A stretch of DNA of 27,978 nucleotides from assembly GCA_964603175.1 (NCBI GenBank), contig CAZRUC010000001.1, positions 19,743-47,720 of the forward strand, given 5' to 3'. Positions 24,683 through 27,978 of this stretch are shown one piece after another (positions within the stretch are counted from its first letter, which is position 1; every line of letters starts with the position of its first letter). Both the position numbers and the translations under genes were made by a program. The notes beneath the pieces were generated by a model, which worked only from the letters and a program-made list of their open reading frames with translations, was not told where the DNA came from and ran no database searches. Source of the stretch: an uncultured Anaerolineaceae bacterium. Its GTDB lineage: Bacteria; Chloroflexota; Limnocylindria; Limnocylindrales; CSP1-4.

Positions 24683-26698
24683 ATGGATCGCGCGTCCGCA
24701 GGCACCGGGAGTTCGTCGAAGCCGATCGTCGGCCTCGCAGCCCTGCAAGACCTTGAGGTCATGCTCGACGGAATCGAGGACCTTGCGGCGCAGAGGTCGG
24801 TCTGCCGCCAGGTGCTGGAAGCCCGTCGTAAGCTCCTGGGAGCCGATCACCCGGCAACGCTCGAGGTGGATGCGCGTCTGGCAGCCATCGCCCTGGACCT
24901 CAACGAATTGCCGGTTGCGCGTGAGCAGTACTACGCGCTCCTGGAGCGCTGCGAGCGTGCCTACGGACCGCGCCACCTGGAGACCCTCTCCGCCCTCCAC
25001 GGACTGGCGGTCTCGCTGTCCTACCTCAATGAGCCCGAGACGGCGCGGCCCTTGTACGAACGGGTCGTGGCCGGGCGACGTTCGGCCCTCGGCTCGGAAG
25101 ATCCCGCCACGCTCAGTGCGCTCCACAACCTGGGCCTGACACAGCGAACCCTCGGCGACAATCACGGGGCCCGTACCACCCTCGAGACGCTGCTAGATGC
25201 TCAACGCAAAGTGCTCGGGCCCGAGCACCCCGCCACGCTTCGAACGATGACCGTCCTCGGGGCCGTGCTGATCGACATCGAGGAGTACCCGCGCGCTTGT
25301 GAGGTTCTGGCCGAACGGGTTGATCGCAGCCGCCGAGTCCTCGGTCCGACACACAGGGACACTCTCGAAGCGATGCTTAGCCTCGCGCGCGCCTTGTGCG
25401 GGTCCGGTGACCGGGCATCCGGCCGCTCCCTTTCGGAGCAAGGCCTGGCGGCCACGATCGCGACGCTGGGCCCGGACGATCCGGCCACGATCGCCGCGAT
25501 GGCCCATCACAGCCGCCTGCTGCTGAGGCTGGACGACGCCAAAGCCGCGGCGGCGGCGTACCGGGATCTATACGACCGCATGACCCGACTGCCGGGGCAG
25601 GACGAGATAGCCGTCCTCGACGCCCTAGCCGGGCTGACCGACGCGACGAGTCGTTGCGGTGACTTCCGGCGCGCGCGCGAACTCGATGAGCAACTTCTGG
25701 CGCGGCGGCTCGAACTGCTTGGACCGGATCACCCCGGGGTGCTCTGGGTCGTGGGCGATCTCGCCTGGAACCTGGAGCGGCTGGGCGACCTGGGTGGCGC
25801 CGCCGATCGCTTCCGGGAGGTTGCCGAGTCTCGTATTCGGACGCTGGGACCGGACGCGCCCGAGGTCGTTTGGGCTTTGAAAGGCAACGCCCGCGTGCTC
25901 GGTCGGATGGAGTCGCACGCAGACGCGCGGCGCGCGTACGCCACTCTCTATCAGACCCAGCGCCGCATCGCGGGTCCTGAGGCCACCGAAACGCTGGAGG
26001 CACTCGAAGGTCTCGCCTCGGAGCTGGGCAAGGTCGGCGAGCTCGAGGAGTCCCGGCGCCGCTGGGAGGAGCTTGCCGGCATCTTCGAGCGAATTCACGG
26101 ACCGAAGGACGAGCGCACGCTCAACGCCTTGATCGCGATCGCCGAAACGCTGGAGGACCTGGGCGACCTGGAAGGGGCCCGGACCATCTCCGAGCGCGTC
26201 GCCGGACCGCTGGGCCGCACCTACGCGAGCAATGCCGAGGCAAACGGTCCCGACGATCTGGGGACGCTGATTCTGGGCCGTAACCTCGGCCTGACCCTGG
26301 AGCGGCTCGGGCAGTTCGAGGCTGCCCGAACGACTTATCAGACAGCGCTGGATGGCTACGCCCGCCTTCAGGGCCGGCGCGGTCGTTCCGTGGCCGACCT
26401 TCGAGGTCACCTGGCCGACGTTGCCCGCAAGATGGCCGACCCCGAATCGGCGCACACCATGTATTGCGACGCGATCGGCATGATGCGCAAGCAGCCTGGC
26501 CCCGAGGATCCCGACACCCTGCGGCTCATCGGTCGGGACGCCGACGCTCTAGAAGCGCTGGGCCGAACGATCGCTGCCCGCAACCAGGCGCGCGCCGCGC
26601 TCGACGGCAGCCGCCACGCCTTCGGCGAGGGCAGCGTGCTGACACGGCAGGCCAAGGCTCGTCTCGAACGGTTATCGCTCAGGAAGCCCGCGCACTAG
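24683..26698 (+). CDS. Tetratricopeptide-repeat protein (kinesin-light-chain-type, ~15 repeats of ~42 aa)
   Basis: Recurring LG.DHP.TL...(N)L(A/G) units, e.g. LGADHPATL, YGPRHLETL, LGSEDPATL, LGPEHPATL, LGPDHPGVL, PGPEDPDTL. Confidence 0.9.
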   Translation: MDRASAGTGSSSKPIVGLAALQDLEVMLDGIEDLAAQRSVCRQVLEARRKLLGADHPATLEVDARLAAIALDLNELPVAREQYYALLERCERAYGPRHLETLSALHGLAVSLSYLNEPETARPLYERVVAGRRSALGSEDPATLSALHNLGLTQRTLGDNHGARTTLETLLDAQRKVLGPEHPATLRTMTVLGAVLIDIEEYPRACEVLAERVDRSRRVLGPTHRDTLEAMLSLARALCGSGDRASGRSLSEQGLAATIATLGPDDPATIAAMAHHSRLLLRLDDAKAAAAAYRDLYDRMTRLPGQDEIAVLDALAGLTDATSRCGDFRRARELDEQLLARRLELLGPDHPGVLWVVGDLAWNLERLGDLGGAADRFREVAESRIRTLGPDAPEVVWALKGNARVLGRMESHADARRAYATLYQTQRRIAGPEATETLEALEGLASELGKVGELEESRRRWEELAGIFERIHGPKDERTLNALIAIAETLEDLGDLEGARTISERVAGPLGRTYASNAEANGPDDLGTLILGRNLGLTLERLGQFEAARTTYQTALDGYARLQGRRGRSVADLRGHLADVARKMADPESAHTMYCDAIGMMRKQPGPEDPDTLRLIGRDADALEALGRTIAARNQARAALDGSRHAFGEGSVLTRQAKARLERLSLRKPAH

Positions 26699-27622
26699 AG
26701 CTGTCGCCGACGGACCGACCGCGGAGCTCGGCATCTGGCCCAGAACGACGCCTCCGAAGATCACCGCGCACGCCAGCATCTGAGCCGGGGCGAGGCTGTC
26801 CCCGAGCATCGCCCAACCTGTCACCAGAGCGACCACCGGCACGAGGTTTATGGCCATTGCGGTGCGACCCGCAGGCATCCTACTCAACGCGAAGTTGTAC
26901 AGGCCGGCCGGCAAGAGCGTGACCAGCATTCCCAGATACAGGACTCCGACCCAAGCATCGAGCGGAACGTGGCCCCATGCGTCGAGCGGCTCGAGGAGAA
27001 CGGCCGGCAGGAACAACACCCCTCCGACCAGGAATTGCAGGCCGGTCAGGAACCAGGGGTTGTAGCGACTCGTCAGTCGCTTGAGGGCCAGCATCGAGAT
27101 CGCGTAGCTGACCATCGCCAGAACTTCGAGCGCGTTTCCGAGCACGGGGTCCGGAGCCCCGGTCTGCCCGGGGGAGGCAAGCGACAGCACGACTACACCG
27201 ATGAGCGATGCCCCGAGCCCAACGACGGCACAGCCGGAAAGATGCTCGCTCATGAAGATGCGGGCGCCAACCGCCACGAGCAGCGGCACAAGTGCGGACA
27301 CGGTCCCGGCCTGGCCTGCGGTCGTCAAACGGAGAGCGTTGCCTTCGAGGACGTAATACACGCACGGATAGAGGAGAGCGATCAAGGCCAGCCATCGCCA
27401 GTCCCCGGCTCGCCGGTCGGGGGCCGGGACGCGGGACCAGAGCGGGAGCATGACGGCGGATGACAGGAGCATCCTCAGCGCCGCAACCACAAGCGGGCCG
27501 AACCCCGTAAGCGCAGCCTTGGTCGCCACGAAACTCGTGCCCCACAGGACCACGGCGGCGGCAAGCCCTGCGACGGGCAGCGCACCGGCGAGGCGAGTCG
27601 TCGACGCAGACGTCCGGCGCAC
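26672..27622 (-). CDS. DMT/EamA-family transporter
   Basis: VVLWGTSFVATK, VAALR, L..TTAG.A, GN.L...AM.SYA, Y.ALSR.PAG.....INL.PV.A...GW..LG. About 10 TMs in two EamA repeats. Probable start GTG 27622 after GAGG. Confidence 0.92.
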   Translation of the reverse strand: MRRTSASTTRLAGALPVAGLAAAVVLWGTSFVATKAALTGFGPLVVAALRMLLSSAVMLPLWSRVPAPDRRAGDWRWLALIALLYPCVYYVLEGNALRLTTAGQAGTVSALVPLLVAVGARIFMSEHLSGCAVVGLGASLIGVVVLSLASPGQTGAPDPVLGNALEVLAMVSYAISMLALKRLTSRYNPWFLTGLQFLVGGVLFLPAVLLEPLDAWGHVPLDAWVGVLYLGMLVTLLPAGLYNFALSRMPAGRTAMAINLVPVVALVTGWAMLGDSLAPAQMLACAVIFGGVVLGQMPSSAVGPSATALVRGLPER

Positions 27623-27737
27623 AGCTGGTACCTCGTGGCAGCAGGGGAAGCGACCGGGCGTCCGGCGCCGACAAGACGGTATCACCGTCCGAGTTTCGTG
27701 CGCGTCGATGCGCCCATCGCGTCCTGGCGGACCGCGC

Positions 27738-27767
27738 TTGCGCAAACAGCGGTCCCGCCATTACACT
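27738..27767 (+). promoter_or_regulatory. Candidate sigma70-type promoter TTGCGC-N18-TACACT, divergent from the EamA gene
   Basis: Direct match to -35/-10 spacing and consensus. A terminator lies ~170 nt downstream on the same strand. Confidence 0.55.
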
Positions 27768-27773
27768 CCGGCC

Positions 27774-27972
27774 TCGATGAATGCCCACACCTTCAGCCGC
27801 CGGGAGAACTCGCGCAGGGCCACCAGCCTGCGCAGTTCCATGATGGCCATGACTCGGCGGCCCCGAAGTGCGGAGGATGGGGTCTGAGGTTCTGGCTCAC
27901 CTAGCAGCGTAGCCGGACCAAGGATCGGTCCCGGGGCCGCGGTCTCCAGTCAGGAGCCGCGGTTCTTTGTTT
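27774..27972 (+). ncRNA. Putative ~200-nt structured leader or sRNA (riboswitch- or attenuator-like), class unassigned
   Basis: Bounded by the candidate promoter and terminator. Contains nested helices and a possible antiterminator (see findings). Confidence 0.45.
27935..27972 (+). terminator. Intrinsic terminator
   Basis: Stem GGCCGCGG(T)CTCC / GGAGCCGCGGTT with loop AGTCA, followed by CTTTGTTTC. Confidence 0.7.
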
Positions 27973-27978
27973 CTCCGG

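Noticed and set aside
24683-26698. TPR gene as part of an NLR/STAND or FxSxx-COOH-type system
   Set aside because: No NTPase, effector, radical-SAM or precursor-peptide gene in the window.
27761-27850. Minus-strand mini-ORF MAIMELRRLVALREFSRRLKVWAFIEAGV resembling fused LysR N- and C-termini, or a type I toxin antisense to the + strand RNA
   Set aside because: Only 26-29 aa, no SD, and not hydrophobic enough for a typical type I toxin. The sequence is adequately explained by the + strand hairpins and promoter. A BLASTX search would settle it.
27901-27934. Two loops with A1/G4 (AGCGUA, AAGGAUC) resembling an ANTAR dual-hairpin target
   Set aside because: The first stem is only 2 bp, the second loop is 7 nt, and the second hairpin does not overlap the terminator as ANTAR sites do.

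Overview
This is a high-GC bacterial window (high-60s % by eye, not computed). It holds about 24 supportable CDSs, and no tRNA, rRNA, CRISPR array, transposase or phage gene is recognisable. The F420-type LLM oxidoreductase, a PlsY with a GSGRTGG motif, many lipoproteins or single-TM surface proteins with Pro/Thr stalks, and frequent apparent leaderless starts suggest a monoderm organism, plausibly Chloroflexota (inference only). Layout, left to right: (1) 1-8.8 kb, a surface-enzyme locus with two phospholipase-C/acid-phosphatase-family phosphoesterases, two GH99(-like) glycosidases and Ig-like membrane-anchored proteins. (2) A MarR plus heterodimeric type IV ABC exporter operon. (3) An LLM oxidoreductase, an M24 peptidase, a transglutaminase-like lipoprotein and an aldo/keto reductase. 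(4) A PQQ-like propeller lipoprotein, a SAM methyltransferase and a calcineurin-like phosphoesterase. (5) A PanE-like reductase next to plsY, a hypothetical protein, a stand-alone 15-repeat TPR protein and an EamA transporter. The most interesting signals are non-coding. One is a promoter / structured leader / terminator-antiterminator unit at the right edge that I cannot match to any riboswitch class I know. The other is a ~188-nt element bounded by ~26-nt inverted repeats upstream of the AKR gene. All structure calls were made by eye; no folding program or database search was run.
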